Positions 28,529 to 39,611 of a stretch of DNA of 64,000 nt are shown one piece after another. The stretch is from Promethearchaeota archaeon (GTDB lineage Archaea; Asgardarchaeota; Lokiarchaeia; Sigyniarchaeales; SOKP01), in NCBI GenBank assembly GCA_048939995.1, contig JBHLOY010000005.1, positions 64,001 to 128,000 of the forward strand, read 5' to 3'. The notes under the pieces were generated by a model. That model was not told where the DNA came from. It saw only the letters and a list, made by a program, of their open reading frames with translations, and searched no databases. Made by a program: the position numbers and the translations under genes. Position 1 is the stretch's first letter. Every line of letters starts with the position of its first letter.

Positions 28529-30067
28529 ATGTTTATCGCAGCTTTAGATCTAGGAACAACAGGTTGTAGGACATTTATTTTTGATATAGCTGGTACAATT
28601 TTAGCTAGCGATTACCAAGAATGGGAAAGTTTTTATCCATCACCATCATTTGTTGAGCAAGATGCTAATACTTGGTGGGAATCTTTAAAAAAAACAATTG
28701 AAGGAGCTATTAAGAAAAGTGGTATTGATAGTTCTGAGATTGTGAGTCTTTCTGTAACAAATCAGAGAGAAACAATAGTACCTGTAGACAGAGATGGTAT
28801 ACCACTTCATAATGCTTTAGTATGGCAAGACCGGAGAACTATTGATCAAGTTGAATTTATTAAAAAGCGAGTTGGAATTGAAAAAATCTATAGAACTACA
28901 GGTTTAACTGTTGATCCTTATTTTTCTGCAACAAAAATATTGTGGTTTAAAGATGTGAAACCTGAAATTTATCAAAAGACTTTTAAATTCTTATTAGTTT
29001 CGGACTTTATAATCTATAAATTAACAGGGAAATATATCACAGATTATTCAAATGCTTCACGAACAATGCTCTTTGACATCAACAAGTTAAGATATTCAGA
29101 GGATATTGCTTCTGAATTGGAAATTGACTTGGATAAAATGCCAGAGGCAGTTGAAAGTGGAGTTGAAGTTGGTGAAATAGTCTCTGAAGAGACATTATTT
29201 GATAAAAAAACTTTAGTTATAACTGGGGCTGGAGATCAGCAATCGGCAGCATTAGGAGTTGGAGTTGTATCACCGGGTCGAATAAAATTAACAACTGGCA
29301 CTGGAAGTTTTTTGTTAGCATTCCTAGAAAAACCAAATTTTGATTCTCAAAAGAGAGTTTTATGTAGTTGTCATGCTATTCCAAATACTTGGGTTCAAGA
29401 AGCTAGTATTTTCACTACAGGTGCATTTCTTAGATGGTTTAGAGATCAAATCGCTCAAAAAGAGTGTATGATCGCCGAAGAACAAAACCAAGATCCTTAT
29501 AACATAATAACTGATAGAGCGGAACAATCTCCTATTGGATCAAATGGGTTAATAACAATTCCTCATCTAGTTGGTGCAGGAGCACCTCATTGGAATCCTT
29601 TAGCTAGAGGCTTAATTTTTGGACTTGCTTTAGGACATAGAAGAAGAGATATTGCAAGATCTATTCTAGAAGGGGTGGCATTTGAGGTAAAAAGGAACAT
29701 TGAGGTATTTAAAGAATTAGGAATAGAAATTAAGGAGCTAAGACTAACTGGAGGAGGATCTCGCTCTGATCTTTGGAATCAAATATATGCTGATGTGTTG
29801 GGAGTCAATTGTCTGAGAAATATAGTAGAAGAAGCAACTTCATTAGGAGCAGCCATATTAGCTGCTTCTGGATCAGGTATCTTTCCCGATATTGCAAAAG
29901 CAGCTGAAAGCATTTGTAAAGTAGATAAAAGATACATCCCTGATGCCCAACATTACGAAAAATATGAAGAGATTTACAATTTTTCGGTAGATCTTTACAA
30001 TCTATTAAATAATGAAAATATGTATCAAAAATTAAATAAAATCTTCCAAAATAAAGGTAATTTATAA
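28529..30067 (+). CDS. FGGY-family carbohydrate kinase
   Basis: DLGTTGCR, TNQRET, WQDRR, GDQQSA, TGTGS, TGGG. Confidence 0.93.
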   Translation: MFIAALDLGTTGCRTFIFDIAGTILASDYQEWESFYPSPSFVEQDANTWWESLKKTIEGAIKKSGIDSSEIVSLSVTNQRETIVPVDRDGIPLHNALVWQDRRTIDQVEFIKKRVGIEKIYRTTGLTVDPYFSATKILWFKDVKPEIYQKTFKFLLVSDFIIYKLTGKYITDYSNASRTMLFDINKLRYSEDIASELEIDLDKMPEAVESGVEVGEIVSEETLFDKKTLVITGAGDQQSAALGVGVVSPGRIKLTTGTGSFLLAFLEKPNFDSQKRVLCSCHAIPNTWVQEASIFTTGAFLRWFRDQIAQKECMIAEEQNQDPYNIITDRAEQSPIGSNGLITIPHLVGAGAPHWNPLARGLIFGLALGHRRRDIARSILEGVAFEVKRNIEVFKELGIEIKELRLTGGGSRSDLWNQIYADVLGVNCLRNIVEEATSLGAAILAASGSGIFPDIAKAAESICKVDKRYIPDAQHYEKYEEIYNFSVDLYNLLNNENMYQKLNKIFQNKGNL

Positions 30068-30146
30068 TCTCTTTCTTTTCCAAAAATTATCATAATAATC
30101 AATTTTATATATTTTAATTCTTATTCTTTTTTTAATTAATAAAAAT

Positions 30147-30737
30147 GTGAGAATGATGGAAGCTACAGATTATACTGAAGGGCAAATGAAAGTTGCGAGA
30201 ATATTTTACATAATCATTGTAATTGCATGTTTAATAATAATAGGTGGAACAGTTTGGTCGATTGCAGACTTTATCTCTCCCACGGGAAAGTTAGACGCAT
30301 TTCTTGAATTAAATTGGGGTTATAAAATCGCAATTATTGCAGGATTTTTAGCAGGACTCTTTTTCTTGTTAGTTTTCTTCTATGGCTTATTTAAAAAAGG
30401 AAGCAAATGGATTCTAAGAGTATTTTTTAAAGTCAGAGAACTTGAAGAGAGATTTAAGAATCGTATAACTGTAAAAATCGCTGCTGGTGGATTGCTTACT
30501 AGCATAATACTAGTATTAATTGGAGTTGTTTGGGCTTTAGTTCAAGAAATTCTAATCCCTGAGAGTGGCTCACCATTTTCTGGACTTTTTAGTCTTTTTT
30601 CATCTGGAAACTGGGCTTTATTCATTGGAATTTCTGTATTGGTGGCAGCCTTAATTATACTTTTTATGATATATTTCTGGAAAAACGGTTATCGATTAAT
30701 TCTAAAAATAATGGGTACTTTAGAGAAAGAAAGATAA
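30147..30737 (+). CDS. 4-TM membrane protein made of two internal repeats
   Basis: Two TM-hairpin units ending FFYGLFKKGSKWIL and FMIYFWKNGYRLIL. Confidence 0.65.
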   Translation: MRMMEATDYTEGQMKVARIFYIIIVIACLIIIGGTVWSIADFISPTGKLDAFLELNWGYKIAIIAGFLAGLFFLLVFFYGLFKKGSKWILRVFFKVRELEERFKNRITVKIAAGGLLTSIILVLIGVVWALVQEILIPESGSPFSGLFSLFSSGNWALFIGISVLVAALIILFMIYFWKNGYRLILKIMGTLEKER

Positions 30738-30836
30738 AGCTACAAATTCTTATTTTTTAATATTTTACTTTAATTTAAATCAGAAAATTAACGCTCCTAT
30801 GCTATTTTAATTAATTTTGCTTCTTAATCATAATCA

Positions 30837-32348
30837 ATGCCAGTTAGAGTGGGTGTGGTTTTTAATTTTCTTCAATTGCCAGATGTTTTAAAATATCCTT
30901 TTGTTATTAATAAGAGAAAAGATGATGTTCTAGTAAAGAAGGGGATATTTGTATATACAGAGTCAATTGAAGGATTTTTAATTGGTATAGTAGAGCGAAT
31001 AGTATTATTAAATGAGTATTTCTCAGATGCTCTTACTATTAAGGCTTATAATAGTGAAAATAATCCCAATATATTGAAAGGGTTATTTCCAAGTGAAGAT
31101 TTTGAATATGCAATAGCTATTGTAAGAAATTTAGGTCTTGTTGAATTTAAGGATGATAAGAAAAATAAAATAAGTAAAATAAAACGTATGATGTATCCAG
31201 CAAGCCCAGGTAAGGAAGTTAACTTATTAGAGGAGGATACGCTGAAAAATTTTGTAGGCATAGATACAGAACATGGCCTAAGACTCGGTATATTAAAGGG
31301 TACTAAAATTGAAGCAAGAATTAATATGGATCGCCTGTTTAACAAGCATTTTGCGATTCTTTCTATATCTGGGGGAGGTAAAAGTTATCTTACATCAATC
31401 ATAATTGAAGAATTATTAACCAGAGAAAAAAAATTAGGAACTCCATCTATTATCTTAATTGATGTACATGGGGAATATACTTATTTAAAAAACATACCCC
31501 AGCTTAAAGAAAAAATCAAATTATTCGATTGTTCATTTTTTCAAATTTCAGTTCCAAACTTAAATGCCTCTATTTTTAGAAAGTATCAAGAAAAGATCTC
31601 AAATGTTCAAGTAAGAGAGCTTTCCAACTACATCAGAAAACTTAAGAAAGAAAAGAAAAATTATTCCTTAAGTGATATCATTGAATTGATAGAGAAAGAG
31701 GAAGAAGTCAATAAGAGTACAAAACAAGCACTGATAGGGTGGTTAAGCGAATTAGAACGATTAACACTATTTGGACCTCAAGAAAACCCTAATATTAATT
31801 CAATAGCAACTCCGGGAGAATTAACTATATTTAATCTTCAAAAAGAAATTTCAATTAGAAAAAAGCAAATAATAGTTGATTATATATGTAATCGTCTGTT
31901 CTATTTAAGAAGGATGGAGCAAATTCCGCCTTTTCTAATAATAATTGAAGAGGCACATCAATTTTGCCCTGAAGCTGCATATTCGAAAGCCTTGACAAAA
32001 TACATAATCGAAACAATTGCTAGAGAAGGAAGAAAATTCATGGCATGTTTGTGTTTAATTAGCCAAAGACCAAAAAGATTAAGCACAACTGCACTTTCCC
32101 AATCCAACTCAAAAATGATTTTAAACATCACTAATCCTTACGATTTAAAACATTTAATGGATAGTTCAGAAGTCATTACTAAAGAATATGCAAACATGAT
32201 TTCAAGCTTAGGGGTAGGAGAGATGCTTTTAATGGGAAATGCGGTTAATTATCCTATATTTATTGATGTTAGAAAGAGAAGATTCATGTCAAATACAGAA
32301 GAGAGCTCATTATCACAAACATGTCTGAATTGGAAGATTTTAGATTAG
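30837..32348 (+). CDS. HerA/FtsK-family ATPase with N-terminal HAS-barrel-like domain
   Basis: KHFAILSISGGGKS, IDVHGEY, IIIEEAH, AREGRKF, SQRP. Confidence 0.9.
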   Translation: MPVRVGVVFNFLQLPDVLKYPFVINKRKDDVLVKKGIFVYTESIEGFLIGIVERIVLLNEYFSDALTIKAYNSENNPNILKGLFPSEDFEYAIAIVRNLGLVEFKDDKKNKISKIKRMMYPASPGKEVNLLEEDTLKNFVGIDTEHGLRLGILKGTKIEARINMDRLFNKHFAILSISGGGKSYLTSIIIEELLTREKKLGTPSIILIDVHGEYTYLKNIPQLKEKIKLFDCSFFQISVPNLNASIFRKYQEKISNVQVRELSNYIRKLKKEKKNYSLSDIIELIEKEEEVNKSTKQALIGWLSELERLTLFGPQENPNINSIATPGELTIFNLQKEISIRKKQIIVDYICNRLFYLRRMEQIPPFLIIIEEAHQFCPEAAYSKALTKYIIETIAREGRKFMACLCLISQRPKRLSTTALSQSNSKMILNITNPYDLKHLMDSSEVITKEYANMISSLGVGEMLLMGNAVNYPIFIDVRKRRFMSNTEESSLSQTCLNWKILD

Positions 32349-32617
32349 GTTAAATCTTCCATAAATTCATCTTTCACTTCTTGATTATATTTGTTAAAGA
32401 CGACCATCTTTTTGCTCTTTGACACCCGAAAAACATTTATAATTCCCATACTCTCTAACCTCATCAATAATTCTTCTAATAATAACGGATTCATAAATGG
32501 AAATTCTTTCTTTAATAACTCTTCCATCCTCTTATCTAAAATTTCTCCTTTATTTTTTTTTAAAATGTCTAAAATTGAATTTACTATTGGCTTTTGGTTC
32601 CAACGATGTGTTTCGAT
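32345..32617 (-). CDS. Small winged-helix-like protein downstream of cdc48 (5' end uncertain; ORF track starts at 32527)
   Basis: Frame is open upstream: IETHRWNQKPIVNSILDILKKNKGEILDKRMEELL..LMRLESMGIINV; GGTGA SD-like motif 6 nt before an ATC codon. Confidence 0.6.
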   Translation of the reverse strand: METHRWNQKPIVNSILDILKKNKGEILDKRMEELLKKEFPFMNPLLLEELLMRLESMGIINVFRVSKSKKMVVFNKYNQEVKDEFMEDLT

Positions 32618-32677
32618 ATCATATCACCTTATTTTTGAATTTAAAATTTAATAGAAATATATTTATAATAATAAAAG

Positions 32678-34903
32678 TTAAACAAACAATCGATCTTCTT
32701 TTGATTGTTCAATAATTCTACTTTTTAATCGCTCACCAAATTTTTCATACCATGAAATAATATCTGCTGATATACTCGGAAAAAGAAATTCTTTTGCTTT
32801 TTCAAAATGCTGAAGTGATACTTTTTTAGCTTTAATGTTTTCTCTTAATGCAATCATAGCGGCTTCACGACAAAGAGTTTCAATATCAGCTCCAGAAAAA
32901 CCTTTAAGGTTTTTATTTAGATCATTCAAATTAAAATCGGCTATTGGCATATTTTTAACAAATATCTTTAAAATTTCTAATCTTTCATTTTCATCTGGAG
33001 CAGGTACCATAAGAATACGATCAATTCTTCCAGGTCTTATTAAAGCGGGATCTAAAATATCAGGTCGATTAGTAGCAGCGATCACGACAATATCTTTATT
33101 AATTTCTAGTCCATCTAATTCTGTCAAAAATTGAGATAGAACTTTTTCAGATACTCCTGAATCTGAAGTATATCTGCCTCTTGAAGGTGCAATAGAATCA
33201 AATTCATCGAAAAATATGATACAAGGAGCTGACATTCTGGCCTTTCTAAAAACTTCCCGAATTGCTTTTTCACTTTCTCCTACATACTTAGACAATAATT
33301 CTGGTCCTTTTATCGATATAAAATTTGCTTTACTCTCAGTAGCAACGGCTCTCGCTAATAAAGTCTTGCCACATCCAGGAGGACCATATAATAGTATACC
33401 TTTTGGAGGAGTAATTCCCATTCTTGAAAATATTTTGGGATGAGATAAGGGCCAATCTACTGCTTCTATTAGTTTCTGTTTTAGCTCGGTAAGTCCACCA
33501 ATTTGTTCCCAAGAAACATTAGGGATTTCCACAAAAACTTCTCTTATCCCAGAGGGAGTTACTTCTTTTAGAGCTTCATCAAAATCTTCTTTATTAACTA
33601 TTATTTTTTCCAAAAGTTCAGGATCTAAAGAATCTGATTCTAAATCTATCTCTGGTAAATATCTCCTTAAAGCTGACATAGCAGCTTCACGACAAACAGC
33701 CGAAATATCTGCACCGACAAACCCATGTGTAATATTAGCATAATCTTTAAGAGAAACTTTTTTATCTAATGGCATATTTCGAGTATGAATCTGAAAGACT
33801 TCTCGCCGTCCTTTCTCATTTGGTACTTTTATTTCAATCTCACGATCAAATCTTCCAGGTCGCCTTAAAGCTGAATCTAAACTATTCGGTCTATTAGTAG
33901 CTCCAATCACAATGACTCTCCCTCTGCTATGTAATCCGTCCATTAAGGCTAGTAGTTGAGCAACGACTCTTCTTTCTACTTCCCCTGTCACAGTTTCTCT
34001 CTTTGGTGCAATGGCATCAATCTCATCAATAAAGATTATAGATGGATTCTTTTCTTCGGCTTCTTCAAAAAGTTTTCTTAACTTTTTTTCAGATTCCCCA
34101 TAAAATTTACTCATTATCTCTGGTCCATTTATAGATATGAAATGAGCTTCACTTTCATTAGCAACAGCTCTTGCTAGCAAAGTTTTTCCACAACCGGGGG
34201 GTCCTCTTAACAATACACCTTTAGGGGGATCTATACCTAATCTTTTAAACAACATAGGATGTCTTAATGGCAATTCAACCATTTCCCTAACTCTTTGTAT
34301 TTCTTTATCTAACCCCCCAACATCTTCATAAGTAACATATTCTCCTCCCCGTTCCTCCTCTTCAGTAATATGCTCACTAATATGAAGCTGTGTCTCTGGC
34401 TTTATTACACAAAATCCATTAGGTTTTATGCTTATAACCTTGAAGGCAATTTCTCTACTAATTCCTATCGAAATATAGATATAATCATCCAATGAAACTG
34501 GATAATTGTTTAACTTTCTTTTAACAAATGTTTCAAACCGGGGATTTTTATTCCCTGTCATTTTGACATTTGCTGGAGCTAAAACAATGCTTTGAGCTGG
34601 TAATACTTCCACTTTTCGAATCTCTATAGTGTCGTCTATCGCGGTTCCCGTATTTTTTCTTAACCTAGAGTCTATTCTGATGATCCCTAATCCATCATCT
34701 TGAGGATAACTTGGCCATGCAATACCGACACTCTCTTTCTTTCCTATCAAAGCAACATGATCACCCGTTTGAATATTTAATTCTTCCCTTGTTTTTGAGT
34801 CTATCCTTATAATATTACGACCAATATCTCTCTTTTTAGCCTTTTGAACTCTTAGGGTAAGACTTTTCTGTTCATCTATTTCTTTTCGATTATTCGAATT
34901 CAT
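32678..34903 (-). CDS. cdc48: Cdc48/p97/VAT AAA+ ATPase
   Basis: N-domain plus two AAA modules (GPPGCGKT x2, DEID/DEFD, RPGR). Confidence 0.96.
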   Translation of the reverse strand: MNSNNRKEIDEQKSLTLRVQKAKKRDIGRNIIRIDSKTREELNIQTGDHVALIGKKESVGIAWPSYPQDDGLGIIRIDSRLRKNTGTAIDDTIEIRKVEVLPAQSIVLAPANVKMTGNKNPRFETFVKRKLNNYPVSLDDYIYISIGISREIAFKVISIKPNGFCVIKPETQLHISEHITEEEERGGEYVTYEDVGGLDKEIQRVREMVELPLRHPMLFKRLGIDPPKGVLLRGPPGCGKTLLARAVANESEAHFISINGPEIMSKFYGESEKKLRKLFEEAEEKNPSIIFIDEIDAIAPKRETVTGEVERRVVAQLLALMDGLHSRGRVIVIGATNRPNSLDSALRRPGRFDREIEIKVPNEKGRREVFQIHTRNMPLDKKVSLKDYANITHGFVGADISAVCREAAMSALRRYLPEIDLESDSLDPELLEKIIVNKEDFDEALKEVTPSGIREVFVEIPNVSWEQIGGLTELKQKLIEAVDWPLSHPKIFSRMGITPPKGILLYGPPGCGKTLLARAVATESKANFISIKGPELLSKYVGESEKAIREVFRKARMSAPCIIFFDEFDSIAPSRGRYTSDSGVSEKVLSQFLTELDGLEINKDIVVIAATNRPDILDPALIRPGRIDRILMVPAPDENERLEILKIFVKNMPIADFNLNDLNKNLKGFSGADIETLCREAAMIALRENIKAKKVSLQHFEKAKEFLFPSISADIISWYEKFGERLKSRIIEQSKEDRLFV

Positions 34904-34986
34904 ATTTATTCGATTTTATCAATTCATTAATTATGTAAAATAATTCTTTTGTAAAAATTTTTTTGTTTATCTTCACATCTTTTTAT

Positions 34987-36042
34987 TTATGATTTTTTAA
35001 AGAAACTATCCAAGGTTAATTGTTTTCTAGAAAGCTCTTGTTTCTTTAATCGTTCTAAAGCATTATTTACTCGTTGAGCTGAGAAATTATGTTGCTCTAT
35101 TAAAAGTTCCTGAATTCCTTCATAATTTATTTTTTTCCAAACAATTTTGGGATACTCCTTCTTCACATCGGGATTAAGAAATATCTCTTTTATCTGTTCG
35201 ATCACTTCTAAATCTATGTCGATTTCCTTTCCTCTAACTTCTATATTGCTTTTTAAAATATTCTCTAAAGAGCCATATTCTTTGATCAGATTTAGAGCTG
35301 TATGCTGACCTATTCCTTTTATTCCTGGAAAGAAGTCAGTTCCAATTAGAATTCCCATTTCTACTAATTGTTCTCTAGTAATTTTTAAACTTTCCATGAA
35401 TTTATCTAATGAAATATATTCAATATCTAAAGTTTTGGTAGTATCTCTTACTTTTACTGTTCTGCTTACAGCGAAATTTCTTATTAATCTTTCTCCACCA
35501 AATAACAAAGTATCATAATCTTGCGAGGCACATGCCCAAGCATCTCCCTTTTCTACAAGATAAGCAGATTGAGCTTCACCTTCAGAACTAGCATCCACAA
35601 TAGGAATTCCAAAATAATGAATTAATTTCTTACTTTCTTCAATCATACTTTCATCTAATTTTGAAGTAAGTTGCGCATACTTTTTTGCTTCTCTTAAATC
35701 CTCCTTCTCTTTGGCTTTTATCATTTTCTCCTTATATTCTTCTTTGATCTTTCTTCTCTCTTCGATCGTACCCATCTTTAATTGAGATGGAGTTCCATCA
35801 AAAACGAAGATGGGTTTTATACTATGTTCTAAAAAATTAATTGTTCTATAAAACAGTCCAGAAAGATGCGAGGTCACATTACCTTCATCATCCATCAATA
35901 AAGTGCCATCATTTTGGCGAATAATAGCTAAAAATTGGTAAATTGTATTAAATGCATCAATTGCTATAGCACGATTAAACAGATTTTCAAAAGTTATTGT
36001 TCTTTTTACATCTGTGAGGAGCTCATTAATTTTTATTCCCAT
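34987..36042 (-). CDS. fen: Flap endonuclease 1
   Basis: IDAFNTIYQFL, SHLSG, EGEAQ, SQDYD, GTDF; PIP box QLTLDSFF. Confidence 0.96.
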   Translation of the reverse strand: MGIKINELLTDVKRTITFENLFNRAIAIDAFNTIYQFLAIIRQNDGTLLMDDEGNVTSHLSGLFYRTINFLEHSIKPIFVFDGTPSQLKMGTIEERRKIKEEYKEKMIKAKEKEDLREAKKYAQLTSKLDESMIEESKKLIHYFGIPIVDASSEGEAQSAYLVEKGDAWACASQDYDTLLFGGERLIRNFAVSRTVKVRDTTKTLDIEYISLDKFMESLKITREQLVEMGILIGTDFFPGIKGIGQHTALNLIKEYGSLENILKSNIEVRGKEIDIDLEVIEQIKEIFLNPDVKKEYPKIVWKKINYEGIQELLIEQHNFSAQRVNNALERLKKQELSRKQLTLDSFFKKS

Positions 36043-36100
36043 TTTTCATCTCTTTTGCATTTCTCAAATAATAAATATTATTTTTTATATATAATTCACA

Positions 36101-36655
36101 CTAAATATTAAGGCGATTTCTGGGTCTCCGCTTTAACTTTGTGCCACATACTTCACACGGTTGAAACAAATTTTCAGCTTGATAAATCTTAAGACAATGA
36201 GGACAGAAAACTTCAAAAATTATTTGTTTTTGAATCCCTCTTTTATACAAAGGAGAGAACTTTAAATTAAGATTAGAACATAAGTTTTCCATTGAATAAT
36301 CATTAGTAAATAAAATAACATTATCATCTTGAGATATTGAAAGTTCAAGAGTTAATGCAATCAACGATTTATCTGCATCTGATAAAATATTTAAATCTCC
36401 AGTAATCTTTGCTTTTTCCTCCACAACCTTAATGAACTTAGTCTTAGGATCTCTTATATTTAGTTTTTTATTTTCTATAGCAGATTGAATTTTATTTAAA
36501 ATGTTTCTATTTTTATCTAAATATTTTTTTACTCTAATTTCATCCAAGATTTTAGAAGTAGTGTAAACCTTTTCTTGAAAAATATTGAAATCAATTCCAG
36601 TAAAAAAGATATTAGAGTCAAAAACTAGAATTGAATTCTTCTTCTGGACTGTCAT
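36101..36655 (-). CDS. nob1: Endoribonuclease Nob1 (PIN + Zn ribbon)
   Basis: FDSN, TGD..LSDAD, TNDYSMEN, CPHC..CEVCG. Confidence 0.88.
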   Translation of the reverse strand: MTVQKKNSILVFDSNIFFTGIDFNIFQEKVYTTSKILDEIRVKKYLDKNRNILNKIQSAIENKKLNIRDPKTKFIKVVEEKAKITGDLNILSDADKSLIALTLELSISQDDNVILFTNDYSMENLCSNLNLKFSPLYKRGIQKQIIFEVFCPHCLKIYQAENLFQPCEVCGTKLKRRPRNRLNI

Positions 36656-37544
36656 CTATGGGGACCTTTAGAGAACCGATAATTTTTTTTCTCAATCTTT
36701 TAAAATAATTTTCACTTAAATTTTTTGAAAGTCGCACAAATTTTATGTGAGCACCTGCTTTTCGAATTCTAATAACTGTATGAGGTTGAATTTTTTTGAA
36801 GGTACGTTGCCCATCAATCACAATTTTTGCATTTAAACGGGGCCTTAATAATTGAATCTCAATCTCACTATCAATTGGTAATACAATTGGTTTTAAACCG
36901 GATCTAGCAAAGCTATTTAAAGGTGTTATTTGCATTATTTCTAAAGGAGATTTAACAATAGCTCCTCCTGCGCTTAAATTATAAGCAGTGGATCCTACTG
37001 ATGTAGAAATAATAAGTCCATCTAGATAGCTTCTATTTAAAAATACTCCATCAATCTTAACAGAAACTAATAATACCTTTGAACTTTTAGCCGATACTAC
37101 TAAAATTTCATTTAAAGCATTATTAAGCCTGATTTCTTCAGTATTTTTAACAATGAATGGAACAATTTTTGAACAAACTTCTGTTACATACTCTCCATTC
37201 AAAACTTTATTAAGATCATTGAAAATTGTTAATTCATTTGACTCATCTAAAAAACCAATTGATCCTATATTAACACCTAGGATTGGTGGTGCATTACGTT
37301 GAGGTAAACTACTTGCAATTCTTAGAATTGTCCCATCTCCACCAGTAGATATGATTAATTTAGTATTTTCTTCATTCATTTCGCTCAAATCTTTACCGCT
37401 ATGTGGAAATATCTTGGGGGCAATTCTAGTTTCTAATTGAACAACTTCTCCTTTTTTAACGAGATATTCAAATATTCTCTTAGTCAATTTAATAGCTCTT
37501 TCAGAATCCATCCTACAAGCTAAAGAGATCGCCTTCTTCTCCAT
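36618..37544 (-). CDS. nadK: NAD+ kinase
   Basis: GGDGT, GSIGFL, ALNE, DGLIISTSVGSTAYNLSAGG. Confidence 0.94.
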   Translation of the reverse strand: MEKKAISLACRMDSERAIKLTKRIFEYLVKKGEVVQLETRIAPKIFPHSGKDLSEMNEENTKLIISTGGDGTILRIASSLPQRNAPPILGVNIGSIGFLDESNELTIFNDLNKVLNGEYVTEVCSKIVPFIVKNTEEIRLNNALNEILVVSAKSSKVLLVSVKIDGVFLNRSYLDGLIISTSVGSTAYNLSAGGAIVKSPLEIMQITPLNSFARSGLKPIVLPIDSEIEIQLLRPRLNAKIVIDGQRTFKKIQPHTVIRIRKAGAHIKFVRLSKNLSENYFKRLRKKIIGSLKVPIDDSPEEEFNSSF

Positions 37545-37655
37545 TAAATCAGCTTTTAATAATAATTTTATTTGAATTTGTATTACTCAAAAAAAAATAA
37601 TAAATTAAATGAAAATAAAATTTTGGATTTTCCAAATCCACTTAAACTAAGACTT

Positions 37656-38084
37656 TTAATTAATGATAACTCTATTAATCAAAGTTTTTCCAGCGATCTG
37701 CCAATACTCAACTTGAGCTGAAGACAATTTAGCTGGATTTGACCTCAAATCTTTCAATTTTGAAACAGAATCCTCATCAGTAGGCCATTGGACATCAAGA
37801 GAGTTATATGATTCAAGATCCATAATGTTTATCAGACTTTCTTCGATAAAGTTAATTTGAGCATTACCTTTAATTATTTCTGGAACTTCTACCATTGAAC
37901 CTGAAGGATAAGTTAGAGATCTTTTATTATTGTCAAACATACCTACACAGACTACTCTTACTTTAGCATGACCATGTTTTCCACTTTTCGAGCGCTCAGT
38001 TGACTTGATTATGCATGGCTCCCCTTCGACCATTATATATTGACCGGTTTTTAACTTCTGAATTTCAGTTCTTCTAATAGACAA
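37656..38084 (-). CDS. eif5a: Translation factor aIF5A
   Basis: Hypusine loop SKSGKHGHAK; TTG start with upstream GGTGA. Confidence 0.95.
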   Translation of the reverse strand: MSIRRTEIQKLKTGQYIMVEGEPCIIKSTERSKSGKHGHAKVRVVCVGMFDNNKRSLTYPSGSMVEVPEIIKGNAQINFIEESLINIMDLESYNSLDVQWPTDEDSVSKLKDLRSNPAKLSSAQVEYWQIAGKTLINRVIIN

Positions 38085-38213
38085 TCAAAATTTCACCAAT
38101 TTAAATTATTTTAATCCTCACTTTTCTTTTAATTTATATTTATTGTAAAGAAAATATTAATTTTTGGATAAATTATTAATTAATAGAATATAAAAATTGC
38201 AGATGATAATGCA

Positions 38214-39587
38214 ATGGTACTTGAAAAATTAGGAAGATCATTAGATCAAGCTATTAGAAAGATAAGAAGATTACCTTTAGTCGATAAAGATGCGATTAAC
38301 GCCTTAATTCAAGATTTGCAAAGAAGTTTATTAAGCGCTGATGTGAAAGTTGAATTAGTATTTCAAATGACTGAAAATATTAGAAAAGAGGCGATGAATA
38401 CCCATCTTACTAAAGCAAAACGGAAGGATTTTGTCATAACGCTAGTACACAATGAACTTATTGATACTCTAGGAGGAAAGCCAGCCCCAATTAGGATTAA
38501 ACCAGGAAAAAGTAATGTTATTTTATTAGTTGGAATACAAGGCTCTGGAAAAACAACAACTGTGGCCAAACTTTCTCGTTTTTATAAAAATAAGGGCTAT
38601 AAAGTAGCAGCAATTACAACTGATAGTTATAGACCAGGAGCATATGAACAACTTGCTCAATTGACAGAACAGATTGGAGTTAAGTGTTTTGGCAATCCAA
38701 ACGAGAAAAATGCAATCAAAATTGCTGTAAAAGAAACTAAAAAAGCAATAAATGAAGGATTTGACATTATAATAGTAGACACTGCTGGGCGTCATAAGGA
38801 AGAAAAGGAATTGATGAAGGAAATGACCCTAATTGAACAAAATTTAAAACCAAATGAAGTCATCCTTGTGATTGACGGAACTTTAGGTCAACAAGCCTTC
38901 TCGCAGGCCGAAGAATTCGCAAAAGCAACAAATATTGGAAGTATTATTGTAACAAAATTAGATGGTACAGCTAAAGGAGGTGGTGCTTTATCTGCTTGTG
39001 CTGCAACTAATCAACCAATAAGATTTATAGGGTTAGGAGAGAAAATTGATGAACTAGAAGAGTTCGAGCCAACTTCATTCGTAGGAACTCTACTTGGTGT
39101 CCCTGATTTAGAGAGTTTGGTAAAAAAGGTTCAAGAAGCAGAGGTAGATATCGATCCAGAAATGGCAAAAAGGATGATGAGAGGAAAATTCACATTAGAT
39201 GATCTGTATTATCAATTAAAATCCATAAAAAAAGTGGGGAAAATGAAACAGATACTTGCAATGGTGGGAGGAGGTAACCTTCCAGATGCTTTAAAGGATG
39301 ATGCTGAGAGAAATTTGGAAAGATGGGAAATTGTACTAAATTCCATGACTAAAGAAGAAAAAGAAAATCCAAAGCTTATTAAAAAAACTAGGAAGAGAAG
39401 GATCGCAATTGGAAGCGGTACTGACTATTCAGTGATAAACCGAATGTTAGATCAATACAATCAAATGAAAAAGTTTATGAAGAGATTTTTACAACTACAG
39501 AAAAAAGGAAAGGGAGCTCCTTTTCCCGGCATTGGTAAGATAGATCCCTCCTTCTTTAGTAAATTAGGAAAAGATTTTAAATTTTAA
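38214..39587 (+). CDS. srp54: Signal recognition particle protein SRP54
   Basis: GIQGSGKTT, DTAGR, TKLD, M domain. Confidence 0.96.
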   Translation: MVLEKLGRSLDQAIRKIRRLPLVDKDAINALIQDLQRSLLSADVKVELVFQMTENIRKEAMNTHLTKAKRKDFVITLVHNELIDTLGGKPAPIRIKPGKSNVILLVGIQGSGKTTTVAKLSRFYKNKGYKVAAITTDSYRPGAYEQLAQLTEQIGVKCFGNPNEKNAIKIAVKETKKAINEGFDIIIVDTAGRHKEEKELMKEMTLIEQNLKPNEVILVIDGTLGQQAFSQAEEFAKATNIGSIIVTKLDGTAKGGGALSACAATNQPIRFIGLGEKIDELEEFEPTSFVGTLLGVPDLESLVKKVQEAEVDIDPEMAKRMMRGKFTLDDLYYQLKSIKKVGKMKQILAMVGGGNLPDALKDDAERNLERWEIVLNSMTKEEKENPKLIKKTRKRRIAIGSGTDYSVINRMLDQYNQMKKFMKRFLQLQKKGKGAPFPGIGKIDPSFFSKLGKDFKF

Positions 39588-39611
39588 TAATTAATATGAT
39601 TTTAGATTAAT

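Noticed and set aside
32624-32626. In-frame TGA upstream of the winged-helix ORF as possible selenocysteine
   Set aside because: It is part of the GGTGA SD-like motif; there is no redox-motif context and no SECIS was recognised.
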